Below, piece by piece: positions 19,874-30,453 of a DNA stretch of 64,000 nucleotides. Origin of the DNA: a virus (lineage: Duplodnaviria > Caudoviricetes); IMG/VR virus record IMGVR_UViG_3300021387_001774, positions 96,001 to 160,000 of that record, one strand, 5' to 3'. The translations under genes were made by a program, and so were the position numbers. Below the pieces are notes generated by a model. It saw nothing but the letters and a program-made list of their open reading frames with translations, did no database searches and was not told the DNA's origin. Within the stretch, counting starts at the first letter, position 1; the number at the start of each line of letters is the position of its first letter.

Positions 19874-22000
19874 TTAAATCATTCCCGATTTTTTCAAAGC
19901 TCGTTTCATATATCTGAAATCATGTTTGATAGAAGTGTTGAATGATGAATCGTGTATACCATCACCAATAGATGGATCTTTATAGAATGAATCTATATCC
20001 TTGAATACTTTAGTTAATTCTTGGAATATTAATGATGAATAAAGATCTCCTTTGAAAATAGCCGTTTTAAGATTAACAACACATACATCTACATTCTTTT
20101 TACTAAAATTAGGTCTCTTCATTATATTATTTGGATCTCTAGTTAATGCATGAATAATTGGTTCCATATAAACTAATTCTTTATTTTTCATACCTACTCT
20201 ATTTATCAAATCTGCAAATTCGTTTATTGGATCATCAAGATTTGTATACCAATTAGGTTTAGATCTTTCGATAATATTCTTTAATTCTTTAATATATCTA
20301 GAAGTTTCAGCTGTAATGTATTTAATATTAAACACTGCTGTTCCAGGTTTAATATCTTCAAGATGCAATATAGCTACTTCAGAATCAATTGGTAATTCGA
20401 TTTTCTTTACATTATGTAGAGTCATCATTTCTGGAGACAATGTTAAGAACACTCCATCCAATGTCACATCATAACTAGTTTCTGTTTCTTCATTAGTAAA
20501 TTCATCATACTTCTTAGTTATAATAGTTATATCAGTTAGCATACTAGATACAACAGAATTAGAATTTATATTTTCTGTATCGATATCATCGTCATCTTCC
20601 AAGTCTGCATCATTCTCAAGACGTTCTACAATATCTTCAACATATTCTTTATTGAATAATATGGAAATTCTATCAGCTTCTTTTAATTGTTTAAGTACAA
20701 GTTTAGAATCTTCATTATTGAACAACTTTAATAGTTCTTCATTGTCGAATTCTTTAGTCTTTGTACCAGTATGATGTTTTACAGCCATTACTAAGTTTGA
20801 TAACGGATTTTCAATTTGTGTACTTGTTGCTCCACCAATCATATAATCTGATTTAAATTCTTTAGGATTACCATAACAGCATTTACATACTTTATGTCTA
20901 TTAGGATGAGCACATGTTACAATACTTCTTAGCTTAATTGTTTGACCTATAAGATGTGTATCAGTTGGTTTTATTTCTACTATCTTTCCATTAGGAAGAA
21001 TCATATTTTTAGAAATAACTAGATCTAAGAATTTCTTATCTTTTACTTGATAATTCACATAATGTGGCGTTCCACAATCTTCCATAGAATAATCTATAGA
21101 AAGATTCATTCCTGTTAAGTTTGTTTCTCTAGACATATATCCAGATACAGAAACGTATTTCTTTTTCCAAATAAGACCTTTAGCAGCAATTTCAGATTCA
21201 GCAATAAGATCGCCAACGTTCTGTAATCCATTAAGATAAGAACGTTTCATAATATGATTCATAACAATATTTGATGAAGACATACGTGGTCCTACTGCTA
21301 TGAACATCTGTTGTAACTGTTGGTCATTAAGACAACCGGATTCTATAAATGGTACAAGACAAGACTTACCATCTTGTAAAATAATTTTCTTTAATCTCTT
21401 ACCATCTTCAACCAATTCTTTTTCTATAGTTGCAAATGATTTAGTTTCATCAATAGTTGTATCAAGTAAATCTCTAAAATTTGCATCACGTTCTGTAAAC
21501 TTAGCAATATCAAATAAGTTTAATGTTGGAGCACTAATTGGTGCAAATAATTCTGTAAGTCTAGTTAATCTTTCAGTAAGATTACTAAGGAACCAAGAGA
21601 AAACTTCTCCGGAGTTTAACTTCTTTTTCTTTATGAAAGGATAAATCTTTGTCTGTGTATATTCTTCGATATGTTTATGATAATCTTGGAAGAAACGTTT
21701 GTCTATATCAACTAACCAATCTCTAGTAACTGGAACTTTATACATAAAGTTAAATTCAAGAAGATAGAGATTAATTAATAACTGGAATAATGAAATATTT
21801 ATAATATTATTGTTTTCATCATAAATTGTAACTATGTTATTTGCTCTTGTATAATCGTCCATGATATAGTTTGTAATGTATTCACAGAATACATCATAAT
21901 CACGTTTAGATCTAAATATAGTAAATAATTCTTTCAGATCTATTTTCAGTTCATTTTTATACAAATCGGACATAAGATAATCAACACCAAATATAGACAT
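19874..22000 (-). CDS. Phage multisubunit RNA polymerase beta'-like subunit, C-terminal part (probably non-virion RNAP)
   Basis: Bridge-helix SGYMSRE, EDCGT, LRS..TC, VCKCCYG Zn site, trigger-loop region M..KH; no NADFDGD motif, so the N-part is encoded elsewhere. Confidence 0.85.
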   Translation of the reverse strand: MSIFGVDYLMSDLYKNELKIDLKELFTIFRSKRDYDVFCEYITNYIMDDYTRANNIVTIYDENNNIINISLFQLLINLYLLEFNFMYKVPVTRDWLVDIDKRFFQDYHKHIEEYTQTKIYPFIKKKKLNSGEVFSWFLSNLTERLTRLTELFAPISAPTLNLFDIAKFTERDANFRDLLDTTIDETKSFATIEKELVEDGKRLKKIILQDGKSCLVPFIESGCLNDQQLQQMFIAVGPRMSSSNIVMNHIMKRSYLNGLQNVGDLIAESEIAAKGLIWKKKYVSVSGYMSRETNLTGMNLSIDYSMEDCGTPHYVNYQVKDKKFLDLVISKNMILPNGKIVEIKPTDTHLIGQTIKLRSIVTCAHPNRHKVCKCCYGNPKEFKSDYMIGGATSTQIENPLSNLVMAVKHHTGTKTKEFDNEELLKLFNNEDSKLVLKQLKEADRISILFNKEYVEDIVERLENDADLEDDDDIDTENINSNSVVSSMLTDITIITKKYDEFTNEETETSYDVTLDGVFLTLSPEMMTLHNVKKIELPIDSEVAILHLEDIKPGTAVFNIKYITAETSRYIKELKNIIERSKPNWYTNLDDPINEFADLINRVGMKNKELVYMEPIIHALTRDPNNIMKRPNFSKKNVDVCVVNLKTAIFKGDLYSSLIFQELTKVFKDIDSFYKDPSIGDGIHDSSFNTSIKHDFRYMKRALKKSGMI

Positions 22001-22584
22001 TATTCTTCCTCCTCATCTTCTTCTTCAGAATCGTCTTCATCATTCTGATCTTCAGCCTTTACACCAGAATTAATTCTTTGTATCTTCTTTTCCATTTCAT
22101 CATCTCTCGAATCCATATCATCAGAAAATACTATAATCTTATATTTCAGATGTAGTTTATCAAGAATAGTTCTAAATCTGTTCAAACTCAACTGACCATT
22201 ACTGCTCTTCTCTATAGCATTTTTCATATTATTCATATCAGAATCATTATCGAATAACTTTCTGAATGAATTCTTTGTGAATCCTCTTAAAAGTTCTTTT
22301 ACTATTACTAGTGTAGAATCATCTCCTGGTTTTATTTCCAAATCAAGCTCGTCAGATTCATCAACATCTTTTACTGGATTATTAATTACTTTTAGTCTAT
22401 TAAACTTTTCAAGATCAATTCTACGAATATAAAGATAATCATCCATACAGAATAAACAATTACTCTGTGGAACATCAGATATCCTTTTTACTTTTCCAAT
22501 GTATTTATAATAGCCATTGTCAAACTTCAGAAAATCATTCTTTGACATGACTATCTCGTTGGTTTCTGGTATATATTCTACCAT
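22000..22584 (-). CDS. Hypothetical protein, possible HTH, acidic tail
   Basis: Translationally coupled to the RNAP gene. Confidence 0.6.
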   Translation of the reverse strand: MVEYIPETNEIVMSKNDFLKFDNGYYKYIGKVKRISDVPQSNCLFCMDDYLYIRRIDLEKFNRLKVINNPVKDVDESDELDLEIKPGDDSTLVIVKELLRGFTKNSFRKLFDNDSDMNNMKNAIEKSSNGQLSLNRFRTILDKLHLKYKIIVFSDDMDSRDDEMEKKIQRINSGVKAEDQNDEDDSEEEDEEEE

Positions 22585-22600
22585 AATTAAAAGACTCCTC

Positions 22601-23263
22601 CTAGACTTTCAATAGTTCCGTTAACATGTATTGATTTATCATTTCTATGCTCAACTGATGAATATTTCTAAGGTTCTGTCTTAGAATTATACTCATAGAT
22701 AAAAATTCTTTTACTGTACAACATCCTATTACTCCTGTTATACTTTTTATGACTACGCCAGGATAACCTATCCTAGTTTTAAAATCATTTACAACTGCTG
22801 GTTGTATGCTCAAGAATCCACCTCTTATACCATAAGTTGGATACATTATAGAACTCAAATCATAATATTTATCTGATATCTTATAAGGATTATTACCCTC
22901 ATATACGAACAGATTATTTTTGAGTTCTTTATCTTTAAACCAAAATTCACTTTCATCTAACATTCGTTCTACTTCAGAAATATCATCTTGTGTTAAATAA
23001 ACACTATTCTTTATTTTCTGTGTTTCTTTACTTTCAAAATCATATGATTCTAATATTATCGCATTAGTAGTTTTTCTAAATACATAACTCATATATCCAG
23101 CCATACCACCTTTACTTTTACTAGAACCATATGTTTTTCTATAAGGTTTATTTTTTCCACTTGCATCTTTTTGAAACATTGCTACTCTATGTTTTAGTTG
23201 TATATTTCCAAATACTCCTATTTCTTTATAAATATTATCCATATCGAGCTTATTCATATGCAA
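22601..23263 (-). CDS. Hypothetical protein
   Basis: 220-aa ORF after an early promoter. Confidence 0.7.
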   Translation of the reverse strand: MHMNKLDMDNIYKEIGVFGNIQLKHRVAMFQKDASGKNKPYRKTYGSSKSKGGMAGYMSYVFRKTTNAIILESYDFESKETQKIKNSVYLTQDDISEVERMLDESEFWFKDKELKNNLFVYEGNNPYKISDKYYDLSSIMYPTYGIRGGFLSIQPAVVNDFKTRIGYPGVVIKSITGVIGCCTVKEFLSMSIILRQNLRNIHQLSIEMINQYMLTELLKV

Positions 23264-23284
23264 CTCCGAGTTAATAATATATAA

Positions 23285-24862
23285 TTAAAGATAATCTTGT
23301 AAATACTCTACAACATCTTCATAACTAACTTTTTTCTGTGCTATTGATTTGGATTTTTGTTTCATAATATCCATACGTTGTATTCGTTGACGTTGCATGG
23401 ATTTAAAACCAGTATCAATAAAATCATAGAAATAAGTTTCTTTATCTTCTATGAATCTTAAACGACCTATCATTTGTGAAGCAGTAATAAAAGATGAATA
23501 TGGAACCAATGAGAATGCTGCAACAAGATTTTCTAGATCCAATCCTACTCCACCACTACCTATAGTAGTAAAAACGATTCTATTTTTTAACTCTCGTTTT
23601 CTAAGCCGTTTATTAGATATTTTAGTGGTATAATTACCCATATCTATGCTTTTTGACTCTTTTTCATATAGAGATTCTAGAAGATCTTTAAATATTTCAA
23701 TATGCTCTATTTTTGCTAAATAGATTAAAATTTTTGTATCTGGATATTCATCGATTAATGGATCAAGTAACATTTTAATCATACCTATAAGATATGTGCG
23801 TCGCTGTTCATTATTAAATATATAATTCCAATAAAGAATAGCTGATAATCCTTTTGACGTCATGCAAGAACCAACTTCTTCATAAGTAGGCTTAGTATCA
23901 TAATCAACTAATCTAATATTAGAATGATTTGTTAGATTAAATGTTTGTAAACCATAAACCGGAATATCATGCAACATTCTTTCAAATAGTTTACTTTCGT
24001 TTTTATTTGTACGTCCTGGGGTTGCTGTTAATCTCCAAACCTTAGAAACTAAAGCATCACATTCTATTCTCATATTCTGAGCCCAGTTCATATGGTATTC
24101 ATCAAAACATAGAATCCCTATTCCAAGATGTTCATAAAGTTTATTTAATGTACCAAACTTTTCTAGATAAGAACTTAATGTTGCTGAAGTACTAATATAA
24201 AATGCTGCTTTCATTTTTTCTCTAGGATGATTTAAAAGAGCATTAATCTTATCAGTTCCTCTTAAAACTACAATACCTTTATTATTCTTACTACAGTCTG
24301 TATATTCTGTAATTTTTTCCATCCATTGATCACTCAAAGTTTCACTAACAATAAAAATTGGTTCCTTAACTCTAAATGCTCCAAATACACTACAAATAGT
24401 TTTACCAATACCTGTAGAAAGAGCTAACATTTTTGAATGACCTAATTTATCGGATACGAGAAATTCTACAGCTTCAGCTTGATATTTATTTCGAAATTGA
24501 TACTTCTCATCTATATCAAAATTAACTTCTCTAGCTGGAATTACTACATCTTTTTTATCTATTATTTCATATATGATTCCATTATCGTATAGTTTAGAAA
24601 GTATATTATTTAAACCAAAACCAAATGGAAGACTAAGAGTTCTTTCTTTTTTATTATATATTCCTAAATAATCTTTCTTATTTATAAAACCTCTAAAGTT
24701 TTCAAATAATAAGAATTGATTATCTAATTTAGGACAAGTTCCTTCAACTTCACGAGTTTCTTTATTATATTTTGATTTATAATACGGATAAATTCTAAAA
24801 GAATTTTTATAAACGTAAACTTTTACATTCTTGGGTATTTCGGTTTTATTAAAAGTTCGCAT
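23285..24862 (-). CDS. Superfamily 2 DExH helicase
   Basis: Q motif YQ, STGIGKT, DEYH, TAT, GLD, QMIGR. Confidence 0.9.
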   Translation of the reverse strand: MRTFNKTEIPKNVKVYVYKNSFRIYPYYKSKYNKETREVEGTCPKLDNQFLLFENFRGFINKKDYLGIYNKKERTLSLPFGFGLNNILSKLYDNGIIYEIIDKKDVVIPAREVNFDIDEKYQFRNKYQAEAVEFLVSDKLGHSKMLALSTGIGKTICSVFGAFRVKEPIFIVSETLSDQWMEKITEYTDCSKNNKGIVVLRGTDKINALLNHPREKMKAAFYISTSATLSSYLEKFGTLNKLYEHLGIGILCFDEYHMNWAQNMRIECDALVSKVWRLTATPGRTNKNESKLFERMLHDIPVYGLQTFNLTNHSNIRLVDYDTKPTYEEVGSCMTSKGLSAILYWNYIFNNEQRRTYLIGMIKMLLDPLIDEYPDTKILIYLAKIEHIEIFKDLLESLYEKESKSIDMGNYTTKISNKRLRKRELKNRIVFTTIGSGGVGLDLENLVAAFSLVPYSSFITASQMIGRLRFIEDKETYFYDFIDTGFKSMQRQRIQRMDIMKQKSKSIAQKKVSYEDVVEYLQDYL

Positions 24863-24934
24863 TAATTTCGACCCCCGTCATATTAATATATAATTGATTT
24901 TTTAATAAAATATAGAAGAACATTGTATTCGGAA

Positions 24935-24948
24935 AACATAACTATATA
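24935..24948 (+). promoter_or_regulatory. Putative late promoter AACA-taact-ATATA
   Basis: Recurring motif. Confidence 0.6.
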
Positions 24949-24979
24949 TTCAAATTATTTTATAAAAGGAGTTAAATTT

Positions 24980-27900
24980 ATGTATCACTCAAGTGAAGAC
25001 ACTGTTAATGGTGCACATGGTTCTATTGCTAGAACTTATCTTGAAGAATATCGCCATTTAGGTCCGCTTCAAGATGCTCCAGCTTCTCATGACTTCAAAA
25101 CGTATATGACTACTTCTTTAATTAGAAGAGGTATATTATTTGAAAATTCAAAAAATATTAATGAACTTTATAGAGCTTCATTAGAAGAATTATTCTCTAG
25201 TCAATTTAAGAATATTTTCTTGTATGATCCAAAAAGAGAAATTACTGGAATTTACACAGGTATTGAGAATGTAAAAAACATGGGTCCTGTAGGTACTCAT
25301 GATATGTTTGCTTCTTTATTTGGATTAATTCCTGCAAAATATCTACCAATTTTTGAACCATTCGATTATGATTTCAAGAATGATGAATCTATTGATGTAG
25401 AATATACACCAGAAGAGAAACGAATAATAATTCTTTCTCGTGGTATCCATGATGATGGAACAGCTTTCAATTATACAAAGCTTACCGCTTATGATAGAAT
25501 GCTTGGTCCAAATCTTGGTACAACGTATTTTACACATCCAAAACTTCCTAATAGTACTATTTATAATAGAGTAGATACGATTGCTACTCCTAATGTAGAT
25601 CCAAATCAAAAATACTTTATTAGGGTTGATGATACTTATATTGAAACACATGATTTCGATACAGTAGAAGAATTCAACAAAGTTGAAAACTCTATTACTC
25701 CAGATTTTGGAAGAACTTATTATAAGAAAACAAGGAATCCAAATACAGTAAACTTTATTCCTGCAACAGGTATTCCTGATCTTTCTACACAGTATTTCAT
25801 TAAAGATCCAGCAAATGAAGACAATTATATTATTGCTGATGTATTTAATGATAGAAAAGATTATGTTTTAGTAAACCACGAAATGGATCATACTGATTCT
25901 AAATATCCTATTGAAGGAATGGATTACTTTAAACGTAATGAAAACAGAGAATACGTAAAATGTAATGAAGAAGATTTTGCTAAAGAATATGAATATGCAG
26001 AAACAGCAGATTCTGTAGTAAGTCAAGAAAAGACTTATTATATTAAGAATATAGATGACACATATAGGCCTGCTGTAACTGAAGATTTCCTTCATGAAGA
26101 TATTACAGAAGAACGTGAAGCTGATTCATATAATGAAGTACTTGATAAATCTGCTGGTCCTCAACCTGGAACTACTTATTATGTAAAGAATGAAGTTTCT
26201 CATGAATACGTAGCTGTAGATCCAATAAATCTTCCTACAGAAAACATTTATTCTGAAACTCAAGATTTAGCATATGATGAATCTAAGTCATATTATATTA
26301 AAAACGCTGATGGAGTTACATATAGACCTACTGTAAATGAAGACTTTAATAGAGTTGAAAAAACTACAGAGCAAATGGTTGATAATTTCGTTCTTACTGA
26401 AGACGATACATATAATCCTGATAAAGAATATTTTAATAAAAATGGTGACGATTATGTTGCAGCAGAGTTTGAAGAAACACAAACTACAGTCACTACTCAA
26501 GAAAATGTTTACAATCCTACAGAAGATGTAGACTATGATGAAAGTAAAACATATTATGTTTCTGATGGTGATGGCGGTTTTATAGCTGCTGAAGATACTG
26601 ATTTCGATATTGATGCAGATATTAAATCATTCAAGGCTGATGTTACTTATTATGAACTTACAGTAACTACAAAAGAAACTCCTGGTCCAGTCACTACATC
26701 GTTTAAAGATGATCTGGAATACTATGAAAAAGTACAAGTGCCTACTCAAGTACCTAATGGAACATTCGATGTTTCTTTCAAAGATGATGTAACATATTAT
26801 GAGATTACTGGTACAAAAACTATATTTGAAGTAGGTATAATTTATTATACTAAATCAACTGGTACAGATACTGTAGTAATTGGACAAAATACAACATTTG
26901 ATCCAGATTTAACATATTATGAACGTATTAGTTATAAACTTATATTTGCTGATAATATTGATTACTATACACTTGAAATAGTTGGTAAACTCTTTGTACC
27001 TACTATTCAATATTATACAAAACAAGTTATCGATAATGGATATAAATATGAAGAGATAAACGATTTCGATATACATGAAACATATGAATTAGTTGATAAA
27101 TCAGTTATTACTAATCCTGATACAAATGAAACTTACTATGTAATGGAAAACTTCAATTATGTAGCTAAGACAAATCTTTTGACTTGGGAAAGTGATAAAG
27201 AGTATTATACTAAAGTGATTACTAAAACATTTAAAGCTGATGTAGAATATTATTCTAGAGAAACTGTTACAAAATTTAAAGTAGCATCTCTTGATGATCC
27301 ATCCTATATCTATTATACTGCTGAAGAAGTAGATAATGGATACGATGAAACTAAATATGTAATCACTGATGTAAGTGATGGATTTGAAGACATCGATTAT
27401 TATACAGCAGATATCGATTTTGAAAATACAACTCTTACTGATGAAGAAATGGCTGAACTTAGAAAGAAGAAGGTTATTAATAAACTTAATCAGTTATTTG
27501 ATTATTATGTAAAAGATGTATTAACTACAGCTAGAGAAATATTCCTTAAACACGACATTTATGAAATAACAAAATCTGTTAACATGGAGGCATCTGATTA
27601 TGAATTACACGCAATCCGTATTCTTTATAAGAAGATCCTTCAAGTGATATACACGATGGTTTATACAGTAAATGTATCAGCAGACCTTGATGATACATGT
27701 GTACCGTATAAATTACTTAGGGATTCTGTTGTTAATTTATTGGCTAATGTGAAGATTCTTGGAGAAATGATCTCAACAAAGCATTATTATTCTAAGAAAG
27801 TTCTTTCATATTTTATTCCTGATTCAAAGAAAGAAGAAGTCTGGTATAGATATACACTTGTATCTCCATTTAGTGACTTAGTTACTATTGAAGATCAAAC

Positions 27901-28189
27901 TGTAACTATAGACGAAATGACTATGAAACTTACAGAAAATATTATTAATTATAGAAGTCTTCTCGAAAGAACTGATATCATTAATGAGACTGATATGCAG
28001 CACTTGTTTGGTCTGTTTACTATGACGTACAACATTATGGTACAACTATTCTTCAATAGTGCGTATACTTCAAAGAATAAACAACCATTAGTAAATTCTG
28101 TAACAGATCTTTTCAAGAGATTCACACCAAATTATAACAATATTATCAACGGAGAGTCTATTAAAAAATTTGTAAACTTAACGGAGTAA
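24980..28189 (+). CDS. Large late protein with YY-repeat region (fibre-like virion protein)
   Basis: AGGAG SD before ATG 24980; about 20 Y-Y/F motifs between 25470 and 27420. Confidence 0.75.
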   Translation: MYHSSEDTVNGAHGSIARTYLEEYRHLGPLQDAPASHDFKTYMTTSLIRRGILFENSKNINELYRASLEELFSSQFKNIFLYDPKREITGIYTGIENVKNMGPVGTHDMFASLFGLIPAKYLPIFEPFDYDFKNDESIDVEYTPEEKRIIILSRGIHDDGTAFNYTKLTAYDRMLGPNLGTTYFTHPKLPNSTIYNRVDTIATPNVDPNQKYFIRVDDTYIETHDFDTVEEFNKVENSITPDFGRTYYKKTRNPNTVNFIPATGIPDLSTQYFIKDPANEDNYIIADVFNDRKDYVLVNHEMDHTDSKYPIEGMDYFKRNENREYVKCNEEDFAKEYEYAETADSVVSQEKTYYIKNIDDTYRPAVTEDFLHEDITEEREADSYNEVLDKSAGPQPGTTYYVKNEVSHEYVAVDPINLPTENIYSETQDLAYDESKSYYIKNADGVTYRPTVNEDFNRVEKTTEQMVDNFVLTEDDTYNPDKEYFNKNGDDYVAAEFEETQTTVTTQENVYNPTEDVDYDESKTYYVSDGDGGFIAAEDTDFDIDADIKSFKADVTYYELTVTTKETPGPVTTSFKDDLEYYEKVQVPTQVPNGTFDVSFKDDVTYYEITGTKTIFEVGIIYYTKSTGTDTVVIGQNTTFDPDLTYYERISYKLIFADNIDYYTLEIVGKLFVPTIQYYTKQVIDNGYKYEEINDFDIHETYELVDKSVITNPDTNETYYVMENFNYVAKTNLLTWESDKEYYTKVITKTFKADVEYYSRETVTKFKVASLDDPSYIYYTAEEVDNGYDETKYVITDVSDGFEDIDYYTADIDFENTTLTDEEMAELRKKKVINKLNQLFDYYVKDVLTTAREIFLKHDIYEITKSVNMEASDYELHAIRILYKKILQVIYTMVYTVNVSADLDDTCVPYKLLRDSVVNLLANVKILGEMISTKHYYSKKVLSYFIPDSKKEEVWYRYTLVSPFSDLVTIEDQTVTIDEMTMKLTENIINYRSLLERTDIINETDMQHLFGLFTMTYNIMVQLFFNSAYTSKNKQPLVNSVTDLFKRFTPNYNNIINGESIKKFVNLTE

Positions 28190-28191
28190 AA

Positions 28192-29064
28192 ATGGAGTTA
28201 TTTTTTGAAATGCTTGGAAATGTTAGAACTATAGATTTAATTATCTTATTCTGTCTAACATTACCTATTATGATTCTATATGGCATATTTACGTTTATTT
28301 ATTTTAAGTTTGTAGATAGAAAAATACATAAAAAAGAAGATGGAGATTATTATGAATCTCATACTTTGAGTAGATTCTGTTTAGCGGGTATCTTCTTTAT
28401 GTTTGGTTTAATTCTATTTGATATGATAATGGAATTTATATCAGCATATAGTGTGAGTTTCATAAATCCTGAAGTATTGAATGAAGATGTGGTTAAAGCT
28501 CTTAATAATTCATTAATCTTTAATGGAATATGTAGAGTTTTCAAATCTGTTCCTACAGATATTCTGATCAATTTCACTATAGTCTGTACAGCTCTTTATA
28601 CAGGTACGGAAGGTATTATAGCTAGTCTTAGAACTCTAAAAGTTGAATCAGGACTAGCTGTAAGACTTCCAGCTCTTAAACGTAAAAGATTAGCAACATT
28701 ATTCTATATGTGGGGATTCTTATCAATAATCTCCACATTGTATACTTTCTTAATAGGATCCGAAACTGTAAAGTTTGATATAGCAAATGTGTATGTTGCG
28801 CTTGGTGTAACTATGATTATTCTTTTCTTAGCTGAAAGAAGTCCTAGCTTACTCAAAGATCAATCTTTACAAACTAAGATATTTAAAATTTCATCCGATG
28901 GTGTGGTAAAACCATACAAATCAGATGAAGAAGATGATAGTCCTAAAAAGAAAAAGGATTGTCCTGAAAATGTTGGTGATAAAAATGGAGAAGAGTTATT
29001 GGAGTCATCTATAGCGAATTTCAAAAATGAAAGAATAGCTAAAGCTGCTCCAGAGGAGAAATAA
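28192..29064 (+). CDS. Multi-pass membrane protein (holin candidate)
   Basis: About 5 hydrophobic segments, charged C-tail, directly before a peptidase gene. Confidence 0.55.
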   Translation: MELFFEMLGNVRTIDLIILFCLTLPIMILYGIFTFIYFKFVDRKIHKKEDGDYYESHTLSRFCLAGIFFMFGLILFDMIMEFISAYSVSFINPEVLNEDVVKALNNSLIFNGICRVFKSVPTDILINFTIVCTALYTGTEGIIASLRTLKVESGLAVRLPALKRKRLATLFYMWGFLSIISTLYTFLIGSETVKFDIANVYVALGVTMIILFLAERSPSLLKDQSLQTKIFKISSDGVVKPYKSDEEDDSPKKKKDCPENVGDKNGEELLESSIANFKNERIAKAAPEEK

Positions 29065-29066
29065 TT

Positions 29067-29870
29067 ATGGGAAATATTGTTACATTACAAACTACTCCCA
29101 AAACAGGTGTAGTACAAGTAGCAAATGCTGCTGATAATAAAACTTATTATGTCTATAACGTAAGTACAGGTTTTGATAATTATTCTCAACGAAATTCTAA
29201 GTATCAATACGCTGATAGAGATTATAAAACAAACTGGGCATGTTTCTGTAATGTACACATGATGGCAATGGGTTTAATCTATACGGGAACTTATGATAGA
29301 TATAAATCTGAAATAGATGCAAGATACCCAGAATTAACTAGATTTCCTGACAAGTTAGCTAAATTTATTATCGAAGATAAAGATGTAAGAATCTATTATA
29401 AAAAAAGATTCCCAACTTTGTCTTTAGACTTCTTTAATGGTAGAAAAGATGCTTATGGTCCTAATGAAATACATAATGTACTTTCATGGGGAACTAATAA
29501 ATTCCTTGATATAGGAGCTGTAACATATTTCTCTACAAATGTTTCATGGAAAGAAATAATTTATGAATTAGTTTATAAGAAATCTCCAGTAGGTATTTCT
29601 GGTAAATTCTCAGGTCTTAACCACATAGTTTTGTGTGTTGGATGTGCATATGAGAAGCTTGAAGGTGGATCTGCTCCTGGACCAAATCAAGTACCAGATT
29701 ATCTTATTGTAGATGATCCTTATGGAAAAACTTATGAATATTATAAAGGTCTTTCTGGAAACGATATTTGGATTCCATTCTCAAAATGTGTAGATGACTT
29801 CAAATCATTAGAGAGTCCAAATTTCAAATACGCTCACAGATTTATTAGACCTGGTGATTTAGGATTCTAA
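29067..29870 (+). CDS. Peptidase C39-like cysteine peptidase (endolysin candidate)
   Basis: YSQR...C, HIVL, DDPYG catalytic pattern. Confidence 0.65.
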   Translation: MGNIVTLQTTPKTGVVQVANAADNKTYYVYNVSTGFDNYSQRNSKYQYADRDYKTNWACFCNVHMMAMGLIYTGTYDRYKSEIDARYPELTRFPDKLAKFIIEDKDVRIYYKKRFPTLSLDFFNGRKDAYGPNEIHNVLSWGTNKFLDIGAVTYFSTNVSWKEIIYELVYKKSPVGISGKFSGLNHIVLCVGCAYEKLEGGSAPGPNQVPDYLIVDDPYGKTYEYYKGLSGNDIWIPFSKCVDDFKSLESPNFKYAHRFIRPGDLGF

Positions 29871-29917
29871 AAAAATAATCCTGGGAGTTTAATACTCCCA
29901 GGTTTAAATTTCAAAAC

Positions 29918-30370
29918 TCATTTTAGTTTTTCATTCTTTATGTGATCTCCAATAGCGTTGTAGAATTTTATTATTTTATCTCGAGTTTCTTCATCAAATT
30001 CCTCAGATTTTAAAGTAGATGCTAATGATGCGAAAAATTGTGTAAACGAAATATAAGCAAACAAACATGTATGTTCCAAAACACCAAATAATTGTTGATC
30101 TGGAATTATATTTAATTCTTTACACAATTTTTTAGTTAGTTTCAAAGTTTTATCAACTAACTCTGGATTAGCATATCCAACATCTACTTCTTCCGTTTTA
30201 TCGTTTTTGTTATGTCCGATAGCACAGATCCCTTCAAAATGAATTATCTTTTTTTGCTCGTTATATACATCTATAAATTTTTCCAACACAAAATCATTCT
30301 TAGACTTTCTTGGTTTAAGTAATTCACCTTTGTGTTTTTCTAAAATAGAGTTTATTAATAGTTCATCCAT
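29918..30370 (-). CDS. Hypothetical protein
   Basis: AGGAGG SD, early promoter. Confidence 0.7.
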   Translation of the reverse strand: MDELLINSILEKHKGELLKPRKSKNDFVLEKFIDVYNEQKKIIHFEGICAIGHNKNDKTEEVDVGYANPELVDKTLKLTKKLCKELNIIPDQQLFGVLEHTCLFAYISFTQFFASLASTLKSEEFDEETRDKIIKFYNAIGDHIKNEKLK

Positions 30371-30398
30371 ATTTTTCCTCCTTAATATGGTTTATCAT

Positions 30399-30451
30399 TA
30401 ATATAATATATAATTAAAAAATAAAGGTAGGATGTAATCCTACCTTTATTT
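30399..30451 (-). promoter_or_regulatory. Terminator fused to an early promoter (repeat unit)
   Basis: ataaaggtaggat..atcctacctttat-T run-aattatatattatattaatg; near-identical copies at 41335-41388 and 41909-41963. Confidence 0.7.
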
Positions 30452-30453
30452 AA

